Shown one piece after another: positions 24,746 to 34,695 of a DNA stretch of 64,000 bases. A program made the translations under genes and the position numbers. The notes beneath the pieces are model-generated. The model was given only the letters and a program-made list of their open reading frames with translations, ran no database searches and had not been told where the DNA came from. Positions within the stretch are counted from its first letter, which is position 1; each line of letters opens with the position of its first letter. Location: the IMG/VR virus record IMGVR_UViG_3300042879_004886; one strand, written 5' to 3'. Source of the stretch: an uncultured virus (IMG/VR IMGVR_UViG_3300042879_004886) (taxonomy: Duplodnaviria > Heunggongvirae > Uroviricota > Caudoviricetes).

Positions 24746-25026
24746 ACTTCAATCCATTGAAAACTGTCTGTATCTTTATACCAAATATACATTTTTCCAT
24801 TTGTGTTCATCCACAGTTGGCCTTCTCTTGGATTTATTGGAGCCGTAGAGCTCTGGAAAGGCTCGGTTAGTCCTGTGGCTTGCCATTTTTTCCTGTCTTG
24901 CTGAGGGCTTTTTTGGGTGGTTTGCGTGCATACAAACATTTGCCCTTGATTCAGAACTAGATCTCCTCTTTTATAAGTTTGAGGAGTTCCATTGCTGTTT
25001 TTAAATTTAAACTGTCCTTTGTACAT
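24742..25026 (-). CDS. Small late-promoter protein with CBM-like and fibre-type motifs
   Basis: YKRGDLV..QG..FVC; APINPREGQLW...MYIW...QW; TATAAATA at 25034-25041. Confidence 0.6.
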   Translation of the reverse strand: MYKGQFKFKNSNGTPQTYKRGDLVLNQGQMFVCTQTTQKSPQQDRKKWQATGLTEPFQSSTAPINPREGQLWMNTNGKMYIWYKDTDSFQWIEV

Positions 25027-25036
25027 TTAAAAATAT

Positions 25037-26758
25037 TTATACTTGAACTTTTATCTTGGAAAAATTGTTCTTCTTTTCAAACGCCATGTGCTGATCAAAT
25101 TTATCCGTAAGGGAATCTGCCTTATGGCTTATTATGAATATTGAACATTTGTTCTTCATTTTATTCAGTATCTTCAAGAATGATTCTGTTCCTGTTGCGT
25201 CCAGAGAGGAATCCAATATTTCATCAAATATCAAAAGGTTGCAGTTAAGACTGTTCTTCATCTTGGCGACTTCACGCCAAGTCAGCAGTATGGCCAGATC
25301 GATGCGTTGTTTTTCTCCCTCAGAGAAACTGGAATATGAGAATGCATCTCGGTATCGAGATTTGATCGTTTCCTTGAACTCCTCATCGATGGTGAAGTCA
25401 ACATAGAGATTAAGTTTTCCGAGGAACTTGTTGACGAGTCCATTGATGATGGGAACATAATGCTTGATAATACGGCTCTTAAGCCCGCCATCCTTGAGAA
25501 TATCATATACAACATCATGGTGAATTTGGTCTTGAATGTGTTTTTCCAACTGTTTGGCAATTTCATTTTTTTTGCTTTCAGATTCTTCTAGGCTTGTCAG
25601 AAGACCAGTAAGATTGCTCGCTGCCTTTTTTTCCTTTATATCTTTCTCCAAAACCTTTATATTGGATTCAGAATTTCCAATACGATACCTGATTCCGTTG
25701 ATATCATTTGCCAGGGTTTCTGCCTCGTTTGATAACTTTTCCAAGTCTTTAGTAAATTGTTCTAGGTCTTTGCTTTTCTTTGTTGCAACTTTTAAAGCCT
25801 CTAAACATTCCTTTGACTTTATTCTTTTTTCTTGAAGGTGTTTTTCTTTTTGTTCTGCTGGAAGAACTTGTAAGCAACACTTACAGGTTGCATTTTCTTC
25901 CAGTGCTTTGATGTCTTCCAGAAGATTGGTTTTCAAAGTTTCAAGTTTGATGAGCATCGAAGGAACATCTTTGAGCGATGCAATCTTCCTTTTCATCTCA
26001 GTAATTTCATTTGTTTTGCTTGAATGCGAAGACAAAAGATCTTTTTGTAGGGATAGATCTTCTTCAATTTGCTTATTATAATCTTTTACACGATCTTCAA
26101 GAATTTTGATGTCTCCATCGTTACTTGTTTTAACCTGTTCGATAAATTCTTTTTGAGACTTTATCTTTTCATGTGATATCTTGAGTAGACTGTTTTGCTC
26201 TGCAATAGAGACCTTCAACGATCCAAGTTGCCCCTTAACATAAACGTTCATGTCAGCCAGTATATCGAGCTCTAGAAGCCCTTCTATGATCTTCCTGCGC
26301 TCCATGGGTGTAAGTTGCATAAATGGTATAAAGTTTGATTTACCAAGGATTACGACTTGTTTAAAGGCAGAAAAATCAAATCCAAGAATGTGCTCTTCTA
26401 AGTATTCTTGATAGTCTTTCGATTTTGCGTTTTGATCCAAAAGTTCGTTGTCTTTATAAATTTCAAAAATTTTTGGAGATAATCCTCTTCGGATCATGTA
26501 ATGCGAATTTGATTTATTGAATTCTATTTCAACAACGCATGCTTTTGCATTTACTGTGTTTACCAATTGTGGTATATTAATTGGACGAAAAGGCTTACCA
26601 AAAAGTCCAAAACAAATAGAGTCCAGCAATGCAAAAGACTTTCCATTGCCATTTGTGCCGGTTACTAAAGTAGTTTTGTGATTGTCTAAATTTATTTCTG
26701 AAAAATTATTACCAAAAGACCCAAAATTTTTAAACCTAATTTTTTTAAAATAAATCAT
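25037..26758 (-). CDS. gp46: Recombination nuclease ATPase subunit gp46 (Rad50/SbcC-like)
   Basis: GTNGNGKS, zinc hook CKCC, FSEGEKQRIDLA, LIFDE. Confidence 0.95.
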   Translation of the reverse strand: MIYFKKIRFKNFGSFGNNFSEINLDNHKTTLVTGTNGNGKSFALLDSICFGLFGKPFRPINIPQLVNTVNAKACVVEIEFNKSNSHYMIRRGLSPKIFEIYKDNELLDQNAKSKDYQEYLEEHILGFDFSAFKQVVILGKSNFIPFMQLTPMERRKIIEGLLELDILADMNVYVKGQLGSLKVSIAEQNSLLKISHEKIKSQKEFIEQVKTSNDGDIKILEDRVKDYNKQIEEDLSLQKDLLSSHSSKTNEITEMKRKIASLKDVPSMLIKLETLKTNLLEDIKALEENATCKCCLQVLPAEQKEKHLQEKRIKSKECLEALKVATKKSKDLEQFTKDLEKLSNEAETLANDINGIRYRIGNSESNIKVLEKDIKEKKAASNLTGLLTSLEESESKKNEIAKQLEKHIQDQIHHDVVYDILKDGGLKSRIIKHYVPIINGLVNKFLGKLNLYVDFTIDEEFKETIKSRYRDAFSYSSFSEGEKQRIDLAILLTWREVAKMKNSLNCNLLIFDEILDSSLDATGTESFLKILNKMKNKCSIFIISHKADSLTDKFDQHMAFEKKNNFSKIKVQV

Positions 26759-27471
26759 TCTGTATTATGTCTTCCTGAGTAAATTACTATTTGATATGGA
26801 GTAACTTTGTCTGGGTTATCATATTCATATTGCGTAAACCCAATAATTTGTGTTATATTATATTTTTTTGCTAATATGGCCAATATTGATTGGTCATGTC
26901 TATGGTCTTTAAAATTTGGTAAATTTTCTTTTCCACACTCATTTTTAGAGTCTGTTATTATACGATAATCTTGCCCATAATCAAGCCATTCTTTTATTAC
27001 ATTTAGAGTAAATTTATTTTTTTTTAAAATTATGAATGCTGCAGAAGGAGATTTTGCTTCATGATAATCAGGCGTATCATGTCCCATGTAATAAAAACAA
27101 TCCCTTTTAGTATATTCTGATAATTTTTGTCCAGCAATGGTCAATAGCATTTTATTATTTGATTTTTCTAATTCAGGGATCAAATGATCTATTTTATTAT
27201 AAAAGCTGTGACCAGCATCACAATAAAATAAAATATCATTTGAGTCCATTTTTTCCATTGTTTTGTATATAAAATATGGTTTCCACAACCAATATCCCGC
27301 ACCTCTTTCTTGATCTAAGATATGTTTGTTTTTATTATAAAAAACATCATCTATATGGGATTTATTATATTTTATAACACAATCAAAATTACCATTTTCA
27401 AATCCACTTATTGCATTTTTTTGTTGTGCTTTTATATATATTTTATCTGCATATGATATTAATATTTTCAT
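26755..27471 (-). CDS. Glycosyltransferase-like hypothetical protein
   Basis: RGAGYWLWKPY, FYCDAG, DHRHDQS motifs; AT-rich. Confidence 0.55.
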   Translation of the reverse strand: MKILISYADKIYIKAQQKNAISGFENGNFDCVIKYNKSHIDDVFYNKNKHILDQERGAGYWLWKPYFIYKTMEKMDSNDILFYCDAGHSFYNKIDHLIPELEKSNNKMLLTIAGQKLSEYTKRDCFYYMGHDTPDYHEAKSPSAAFIILKKNKFTLNVIKEWLDYGQDYRIITDSKNECGKENLPNFKDHRHDQSILAILAKKYNITQIIGFTQYEYDNPDKVTPYQIVIYSGRHNTE

Positions 27472-28514
27472 GTTTCTTCGCCCGATAGGGCACTATTGTA
27501 AGCTTCATCAATGATTTTTGACAAAATATTTTTATCTATAGATTTGTCGGATATAGATTGTATTTCTTCGTGCAAAAGCTGCAACGTGTCTTTGTGTACA
27601 TCTACCGCAACTAATTCTGGATTGGTGCTCACTTCGTCTGTAATAGCAAGTTCCGATACACCTGCTTCATAGAATTTGTCAATGTACTTTTCAAAAGCTG
27701 CAGCTTTAGTGCGCTTTTTGATAAAAATTTTAACATAGCAATCCTTAAACATCTTGTAATCGATCTGCTGTTGGTTGTCTTCATTATAATCAAACGTGTA
27801 GAAAAGCTTTCTTGGATTTTCGATAAACGATAAAGAACGATCCTTGAAGTCAAATACATGGAACCCCTTCGCCTCCCATACATCTGAAAACCCCATCTGG
27901 TATTGAGTGCCAAGATAATGAATATTGTCGCGACTAGATTTAATATGATAATGCCCAGAAAGAACATATTCAAATTTATTAAATAATTTTGCGTCATATC
28001 CTTGCTCCACAAAAACCCCCGGCATCGATTGAAACCCATAAAGTTCAAGATGCCCAAACAACAAAGAACAATTCGTATTTTTTATAAATTCAGAACAATC
28101 AGACTCATTTTCAGAATTAATCCATGGCATCAAAGCAACACAGCAAGTGCTTAAGTTTATTTCAGTCGGCTCGGAATATATTTCCCAATTTTGGTATTGT
28201 GATACCAATTCATCGAGAGAATTTACATTGTTGTTGTTTCTGTAATACGTGTCGTGATTTCCGCATATTGCTATGCACTTTATGTTTTTTTCCCTGAGAG
28301 GTTCTAAAAAACGCTTTCTAACTTCACTTAAAGTTTTAAAGTTTACGTACTTTCTTCTGTCGAAGACATCCCCCAAGTGAAATATTGTCTTTATGTTTTC
28401 TTTTTCCATATAAGGAAAAAGTTGATTTTCAAAAAAACTTAAAAAATATTCTAAGACTATCGGTGAATCCGCTTTGAATCCAAAGTGGGTATCATTTAAT
28501 ATTATAGATTTCAT
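27468..28514 (-). CDS. gp47: Recombination nuclease subunit gp47 (Mre11/SbcD-like)
   Basis: DTHFG, HLGDVFDRRK, GNHD, SGHYH. Confidence 0.95.
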   Translation of the reverse strand: MKSIILNDTHFGFKADSPIVLEYFLSFFENQLFPYMEKENIKTIFHLGDVFDRRKYVNFKTLSEVRKRFLEPLREKNIKCIAICGNHDTYYRNNNNVNSLDELVSQYQNWEIYSEPTEINLSTCCVALMPWINSENESDCSEFIKNTNCSLLFGHLELYGFQSMPGVFVEQGYDAKLFNKFEYVLSGHYHIKSSRDNIHYLGTQYQMGFSDVWEAKGFHVFDFKDRSLSFIENPRKLFYTFDYNEDNQQQIDYKMFKDCYVKIFIKKRTKAAAFEKYIDKFYEAGVSELAITDEVSTNPELVAVDVHKDTLQLLHEEIQSISDKSIDKNILSKIIDEAYNSALSGEET

Positions 28515-29080
28515 AAATCAAAGATATCTTTTTTTGCTTTTCTTTTTCTCTTTATTGGTTTTTTGGGACTGCACATTTCATCAAATCTTTCCATGTCAGA
28601 ATCAGTAAGACCAAAGAAGTCTTTTCTTCCTATGTCTACACCAGCATATGTTTCATTAAACCAATTCTGAAAGTCTTTGTTGTTTTGTTGTTCTGCAAAT
28701 TTAAACTGAGTATACTTTTCTTTTTTTTCTTTGTTTATTATACGAACAAAAGAAAACCAGCATATTTGGGTCAGGTAACCAAATGGGCTGGTAGATTTTT
28801 TAGGATCAAAATTGTCTATGTATGTTATGCAATTTAACACAGCATCAGAAACCATTTCTTCCCTATAGGGATAGTTTGCAAAATTAGGTCTGTATGAGAG
28901 TCTGGTTGCTATTTTTAGAATGCATTCGCCCAAATAATCAGTTAACTTTGGTTTTTTTCTACCTGAGTTTTCTGCTTCTTTGGACTTTTTTTTGTATTCA
29001 ACCAAAGCATCATACAGTGCTTGATTGTCTACATAATCAGCATCTGTAGATTTTAATTTTTTTCTCTTTGGTTTTTTCAC
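28511..29080 (-). CDS. gp55: Late-transcription sigma factor gp55
   Basis: YVDN, LSYRPNFANYPYREEMVSDA, FDP.KS..PFGYLTQI. Confidence 0.95.
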   Translation of the reverse strand: MKKPKRKKLKSTDADYVDNQALYDALVEYKKKSKEAENSGRKKPKLTDYLGECILKIATRLSYRPNFANYPYREEMVSDAVLNCITYIDNFDPKKSTSPFGYLTQICWFSFVRIINKEKKEKYTQFKFAEQQNNKDFQNWFNETYAGVDIGRKDFFGLTDSDMERFDEMCSPKKPIKRKRKAKKDIFDL

Positions 29081-29085
29081 AATTA

Positions 29086-29113
29086 ATTATACCTTATACA
29101 TCTACTAAATCAA
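29086..29113 (-). promoter_or_regulatory. Early promoter TTGATT-N16-TATAAT for gp55
   Basis: 5 nt before GTG 29080; no SD sequence. Confidence 0.7.
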
Positions 29114-30095
29114 CATTTGTTTTTTTTAATTTATTGATCCAATATTCAACCATTTCTTCCATCATCGATGAAAAGCTAATCTTTGGAGACCATTTTAGCA
29201 CTTCCCTGGCCTTTGTAGCATCACCTCTTAAATAATGCAACTCTTCTGGTCTAAAATATTTGTCAGATGTTTGAACGTATTTATTTACATCTAAGTTAAC
29301 TTTTTCAAATACGCAATCAACCATTTCTTTTACGGTTCTGGTCTCTCCTGTTGCAACAACAAAGCTATCAGGATTGTTTTGCTGTAACATAAGCCACATA
29401 GCTTCTACGTAATCTTTTGCGTGGCCCCAATCTCTTTTTGCATGTAAATTACCAAGAACTATTTTATCTGCCATTCCTAACTTTATTTTTGCTGCCTGGA
29501 GTGCAACTTTGTTGGTTACAAAATTAATCCCTCTTCTAGGTGATTCGTGATTAAAAAGTATGCCAGAACAAATAAACAATCCATACGACTGAGCATAATT
29601 TCTGCAAAGAGTGTGAGCATACAATTTTGAACACCCATATGGACTTACGGGAACCATGGCTGTTGTTTCTCTTTGAAAACCGTCTTCATCTGAAGAATTG
29701 CCAAACATTTCTGATGTGGCTGCATGATAAACTTTGGAATGTGGGGAAAATCTTCTTACAGCCTCCAATACAGCTAGGGTACCCTTTCCATTAACATCTA
29801 GAGTATATTGAGGAAGGTCAAAAGATATTTGAACATGTGACTGTGCAGCCAAGTGATATATTTCATCTGGTTGTAGTTTTTGAATTGCGCTTTCAATACT
29901 AATTGAATCTGTTAAATCGGCGTAATGCAACTTTATTAAATTTTTATCAAATAAATGTTGTATTCTACAAGTTTGTGATTCTGGAACAGAATTTCTTCTT
30001 ATTGTGCCATGTACTTTGTAATTTTTATTTAACAAAAACTCTGCAAGATATGATGCATCTTGCCCATTTGCTCCTATTATTAGTGCCGTTTTCAT
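29094..30095 (-). CDS. gmd: GDP-mannose 4,6-dehydratase
   Basis: GANGQDASYLAE, LAAQSHV, SPYGCSK, GILFNHESPRRG, RDWGHAKDYV; start at MKTAL. Confidence 0.95.
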   Translation of the reverse strand: MKTALIIGANGQDASYLAEFLLNKNYKVHGTIRRNSVPESQTCRIQHLFDKNLIKLHYADLTDSISIESAIQKLQPDEIYHLAAQSHVQISFDLPQYTLDVNGKGTLAVLEAVRRFSPHSKVYHAATSEMFGNSSDEDGFQRETTAMVPVSPYGCSKLYAHTLCRNYAQSYGLFICSGILFNHESPRRGINFVTNKVALQAAKIKLGMADKIVLGNLHAKRDWGHAKDYVEAMWLMLQQNNPDSFVVATGETRTVKEMVDCVFEKVNLDVNKYVQTSDKYFRPEELHYLRGDATKAREVLKWSPKISFSSMMEEMVEYWINKLKKTNVDLVDV

Positions 30096-30096
30096 A

Positions 30097-31035
30097 TTAT
30101 TTGTTTTTCCACCATTCAAATGTTTTTGCAAGGCCCTTTTTAAAAGGCCAATTTGGATTAAATTTTAATAATTTTTTTGCCTTTGATATATTGGCATGGG
30201 TTTTTTTTACATCTCCACTTCTCGTGAGAGATCTTAAAACTTGATTTTCTGCTATATTATATTCCAATTTAAACATTTCAAAAACTGAATTTAAATCTGT
30301 TGTGTCTCCCTGAGCAATATTAAATGCTTGGCCATCATGAACATTAGTATTTTCCATAGCCAAAATTAAGGCAGAACAAACATCTTCAACAAAACAAAAA
30401 TCTCTGGATTGTGTACCGTCTCCATCAAATCTTATTTTTTCACCTTTACTTAATGCTGTTGCCCACGCACAAACTACTGTAGCATATGCATTTGTAGCTA
30501 TTTGATGTGGCCCAAACACATTAAAAAATCTTAAAAAAGCACAGGGTAAACCATAAAACTCATGAAATTGTTTTAAATATAATTCACAACAATACTTTTG
30601 TAGTGCATATGGGCTTTTTGGTTTTTTGTTGGCATCTTCTGGTGTCGGGTATTCTTCTATATCACCATATATTGAACTAGATGATGCAAATATTAAAGGA
30701 GTTTTACTTTTGGCACAAGATTTTCCAAGAATAAGTGTTTTGGTTAAATTTTCTTCATGTGTCAGCAGTGGATGTTCTACGCTATAGGCAACACGAGGTA
30801 CTGCAGCTAAATGAAATACACCGCTGTATTCACCTGTTTCTATTGATTTTAATACAAAAGAATTAGTGTAATCATTGCAGATAATCTCTACATTATCAAC
30901 TTTAGATGCTAAAATAGCACAATTTTCTTTACTTATGTCAACAACTACAATTTTACAATTTGGTTTATTTTTTTGTAATTGGATGCATAAATTTGTTCCG
31001 ATAAATCCTGCTCCACCTGTAATTAAATATTTCAT
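30097..31035 (-). CDS. NAD-dependent nucleotide-sugar epimerase/dehydratase (WbpP/GalE-like SDR)
   Basis: ITGGAGFIG, SPYALQK, GDGTQSRDF; start at MKYLI. Confidence 0.9.
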   Translation of the reverse strand: MKYLITGGAGFIGTNLCIQLQKNKPNCKIVVVDISKENCAILASKVDNVEIICNDYTNSFVLKSIETGEYSGVFHLAAVPRVAYSVEHPLLTHEENLTKTLILGKSCAKSKTPLIFASSSSIYGDIEEYPTPEDANKKPKSPYALQKYCCELYLKQFHEFYGLPCAFLRFFNVFGPHQIATNAYATVVCAWATALSKGEKIRFDGDGTQSRDFCFVEDVCSALILAMENTNVHDGQAFNIAQGDTTDLNSVFEMFKLEYNIAENQVLRSLTRSGDVKKTHANISKAKKLLKFNPNWPFKKGLAKTFEWWKNK

Positions 31036-31042
31036 ATATACC

Positions 31043-32176
31043 TCAAATATTATTAAGAACCTCAAGACCTTTATCTATAATTTCTGTAGTTATAAATTGA
31101 TTATTTCCAAGATACATTCCATTCGAATGAATCAAATCTGCATTATTAAAATTTTGATACATGTTTAATGATTTAAGATATGGTTGTTTAAATAAATTAC
31201 CAGCAATAAATGGTCTATTTTCTACACCAATAGATGTCAACTTAGCTTTTATTTTTTCTATATTATTTGATCTAGAAATAATTGGAAAAGCAAAAGAACT
31301 GATTCCATTTGAATTAAAGTCTGTATAATACTTATTTTTGTTTAAATTGGAAATAAAGTGATTATAGTTTTTATTTCTAATTTTAATATTAGAATCCAAT
31401 TTTGTAAGTTGCATTCTACCGAGATAGGCATTTATTTCAGTATTTCTAAAATTAAACCCATCGGTCAAAAATGTAAAACGTCTATCACAAGTAGTATTGA
31501 TATTATCTTTATTTGGATGTTCTCTTAAAAATCCATGGGATCTATTCAAAAGAAGCTGGTGATATAGTTCTTCATTGTTGGTAGAAATCATACCACCTTC
31601 TATTGTGGTAAGATGGTGGCCATAATAAAATGAGAAAGTACCTGCAAGACCTATATTTCCTACTTTTGTTCCATTAAAATTTGCGCCATGTGATTCACAA
31701 CAATCCTCAATTAAAACTATATTGTTTTCCTTGCAGATTTCTAGTAAATCGTCTGTTGCACCATTAAACCCTAAAACGTGTGTTAAAAACACATATTTTG
31801 GTTTCATAGTTTTTACAAAAGTTTTAAACTCATTAATATTAAATCCAAAGTTATTAAGACTATTATCACATAATTGTAAAAATGTGCTGTTTTTTAATTG
31901 TATTGCAGGATTTATATTGGTGGGCCATGTAGTTGCTTGACAAATAAACCCACCGGCACCATAAAGATCCATTACAGATTTTACAAGCATTAAATTGGCG
32001 GATGACCCAGAATTAACAAAAACAGAATACTTGCATCCTTGCCAAGCAGACCATTCTTGTTCAAATAGTTTTACATGCTCACCTTGGGTATACCTGTCAG
32101 TGCTGAGAATAAAATCAGCAAGGTTTTTCTTTTCATCGTTACTAATATTTTCACTTGGCATTAGTTTCCAAAACAT
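31043..32176 (-). CDS. DegT-family PLP enzyme, ColD-like GDP-4-keto-6-deoxymannose 3-dehydratase
   Basis: VNSGSSAN, EDCCESHG; FSFYYGHHLTTIEGG has His where DegT aminotransferases have the Schiff-base Lys. Confidence 0.8.
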   Translation of the reverse strand: MFWKLMPSENISNDEKKNLADFILSTDRYTQGEHVKLFEQEWSAWQGCKYSVFVNSGSSANLMLVKSVMDLYGAGGFICQATTWPTNINPAIQLKNSTFLQLCDNSLNNFGFNINEFKTFVKTMKPKYVFLTHVLGFNGATDDLLEICKENNIVLIEDCCESHGANFNGTKVGNIGLAGTFSFYYGHHLTTIEGGMISTNNEELYHQLLLNRSHGFLREHPNKDNINTTCDRRFTFLTDGFNFRNTEINAYLGRMQLTKLDSNIKIRNKNYNHFISNLNKNKYYTDFNSNGISSFAFPIISRSNNIEKIKAKLTSIGVENRPFIAGNLFKQPYLKSLNMYQNFNNADLIHSNGMYLGNNQFITTEIIDKGLEVLNNI

Positions 32177-32184
32177 ATATATCC

Positions 32185-33096
32185 TTATATTTTAATATTT
32201 TTATACATATCTCTTACGCCGTCTGCTAGATTTGTGAATTTATATTCTGGCATAAGTTCTTTTAATCTTTTTATTGAAATGTCTTTTCTGTGTTGTCCGT
32301 TTGGGGTATTTGGTTCATAAAAAAGTTTTAAATGACTATTCCCCGTTGCGTCCAGCGTTATTTTTGCCATTTGGTCAATAGAAAAATTTTCTTCATTTGC
32401 CACATTTAAATTTTCATAAATTTCATTATCTAATATGTATTTTATGACGTTTGCCAAATCTTTTGCATGCATAAATTGTCTTAAGGGCGAGCCGTCGCCT
32501 AGCAATTTAATGTGATCTTGATCATTTAATATGGCTTTTTTTATTTTTAAAATTAATGATGGTATAAAATGGCTTTTTTTTGGATCAAGCTTATCGTGTT
32601 CTCCATACATGTTTGAAGGAATTAGATAATTGTATCGTGTTCCGTATTGTTTATTATAGGCATCTATTTGCACAGCCAAACATCTTTTAGCATAACCATA
32701 TGAAAAATTTGTTGCAGTTGGTGGTCCATTGTGCAATTCGTCCAATTCAAGCGGATAATTTTTTGCAATATCTGGAAAAATGCAGCTACTCAATATACCA
32801 ACAAATCTTTCAACATTATTTTGATATGAATGTTTGACCATAAAAGTATTCATTAAAATATTTTGATCAAAAAATACAGCTGGATTTTCAATATTATCCA
32901 AAACACCACCTACTTTTGCAGCCAAATGTATTACACATTTGGGCGTATGTTTAAAAAACATATATTTAACATCATTTTCATTTGTTAAATCATAATCTTT
33001 ATGAGTTATGCAAATTGCATTTGGATACAGCTTTTTTAATTCCAAACCAACTAGACCATTGCTACCGGTTATCAGTATTTCTTCATCTTTATACAT
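32185..33096 (-). CDS. GDP-L-fucose/colitose synthase (Fcl/ColC-like)
   Basis: TGSNGLVG, HLAAKVGG, SSCIFP, YGYAKR, PSNMYG, GDGSPLRQF. Confidence 0.9.
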   Translation of the reverse strand: MYKDEEILITGSNGLVGLELKKLYPNAICITHKDYDLTNENDVKYMFFKHTPKCVIHLAAKVGGVLDNIENPAVFFDQNILMNTFMVKHSYQNNVERFVGILSSCIFPDIAKNYPLELDELHNGPPTATNFSYGYAKRCLAVQIDAYNKQYGTRYNYLIPSNMYGEHDKLDPKKSHFIPSLILKIKKAILNDQDHIKLLGDGSPLRQFMHAKDLANVIKYILDNEIYENLNVANEENFSIDQMAKITLDATGNSHLKLFYEPNTPNGQHRKDISIKRLKELMPEYKFTNLADGVRDMYKNIKI

Positions 33097-33871
33097 AAAA
33101 TTTTTCATTTTCAATTATTATTTTATAATTTTTTTTCCATCTTGTTGGTATTGGAGTATTTTTTAATTTACACAATTCTGGTCCACATACAACAATACCT
33201 TTACAAAAAAATCCAGCACTTATACTAAAAGTGCTAGAACCCACAAATAAAATATCACTGTGCACCAATGCATTAAAATCATCTAAAAACAAATCACCAG
33301 TGTTGGTAATCTGATATTTAACATTGCTTTCATCTATATTTAATTTTGGATCGGTCCAAGAAAAAATACGAATTGTAGCTTCTGGATATATTTTTTGAAG
33401 TAAATTTATAATTTTTTCATATACTTCATTTGGAATTATTCTTACATTAATATCATTTTGATTAAAAATATCACTACCTCTTCTGATGTGTATTCCTATA
33501 TTAAATGAATCTTTATAATATTTTGGAGCCAAATTTTTATATGCCATTGGCAATTCATTTAAAAATGATTCGGTATAATATTTATCCGTACCTTTCTGAT
33601 AAATTATATCATGATAAAACGGACGGCTTAAGCATTCTTCTGATCCGGTATAATTTAAATACCCTAAATTTTTTATAACATTAAAAATTAATTCATTGGC
33701 ACGATCTAAATCAGTATTTTGAAACTCATTTTTATCAAGTAATTTTATATTACTTATTGGACTGTGAAGATAGTTTAAATTGTTTGTTTTTGCATAAGCC
33801 AATCCAGATATGATGCTCATTAATTGAGAACCAAATCCATCATTTCCTCTTTTTACTGTTATGTTTTTCAT
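33089..33871 (-). CDS. Fucosyltransferase-like protein (GT11/GT23-type fold)
   Basis: DGFGSQ, HIRRGSD, SSTFS motifs. Confidence 0.6.
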   Translation of the reverse strand: MKNITVKRGNDGFGSQLMSIISGLAYAKTNNLNYLHSPISNIKLLDKNEFQNTDLDRANELIFNVIKNLGYLNYTGSEECLSRPFYHDIIYQKGTDKYYTESFLNELPMAYKNLAPKYYKDSFNIGIHIRRGSDIFNQNDINVRIIPNEVYEKIINLLQKIYPEATIRIFSWTDPKLNIDESNVKYQITNTGDLFLDDFNALVHSDILFVGSSTFSISAGFFCKGIVVCGPELCKLKNTPIPTRWKKNYKIIIENEKFYV

Positions 33872-34695
33872 TTTATGAAATCAACCAATTTACCAAAAGT
33901 ACTATCTTTATTGTATATTAAAAAATTAGTTTTAGCAAGTAAAAAAATATCAATAATTGCTTCTTGTACTGCCACTTCTGAAGTTAGAGCGTTATTTGCC
34001 CACGAGCTGTTTTTATTTTGTTTTGTAACATTATCTTTTTTTTCTCTTATAATAATATTATTGGGATATTTTAAATACATTTCTGCTTCCCATTCCGGGT
34101 TATCAGAACAAAATAATATTTTTATATGTTTATTTGAAGAGACAAAATTGTTTACTTGATTTAAATATGGTTCTATCGATGAATTTAAAAAATCAGTACT
34201 TCTTGCATGCACTCCTATTGTTTCTTTTGTTATTTTATTTTTTGTTGCAAATGCATCAATTATATTTTTTAAATTTTTAATTGGATTTAATTCTTTTAAA
34301 AAATTTGATACATCTTCAAACCCGGATAAAAAAGTATTATTATAAACAATAATAAATTTTTTAGAGTGATTTATATTTGTTGAAATTTCATCTAATGGTC
34401 TACACCCAATTAAATTATACATGTTTAATAAATGATTTATACCATTTAATGTTGCATCGTGATAAACGTATTCAGGCTTGCTGTATATTACACAATCATT
34501 TGGATTTAATACGGATATATCTATTTCTTGTATATCATTTAAAAATAAATTTTTAAATTGTCCCATACATCTTGTTGTAGATGGCCAATAGACTCCGAGC
34601 TTTCTATCTAAAATATTTGCCAACAATCCACAAGATGCCAAAGGTATAAGTCGGTTTCCAAGACCACCCGATGAATAATTTATTATATAATTCAT
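33868..34695 (-). CDS. NodZ/O-fucosyltransferase-like glycosyltransferase
   Basis: GGLGNRL, GVHARSTD, CSDN, DIFLLA, STFG. Confidence 0.7.
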   Translation of the reverse strand: MNYIINYSSGGLGNRLIPLASCGLLANILDRKLGVYWPSTTRCMGQFKNLFLNDIQEIDISVLNPNDCVIYSKPEYVYHDATLNGINHLLNMYNLIGCRPLDEISTNINHSKKFIIVYNNTFLSGFEDVSNFLKELNPIKNLKNIIDAFATKNKITKETIGVHARSTDFLNSSIEPYLNQVNNFVSSNKHIKILFCSDNPEWEAEMYLKYPNNIIIREKKDNVTKQNKNSSWANNALTSEVAVQEAIIDIFLLAKTNFLIYNKDSTFGKLVDFIK

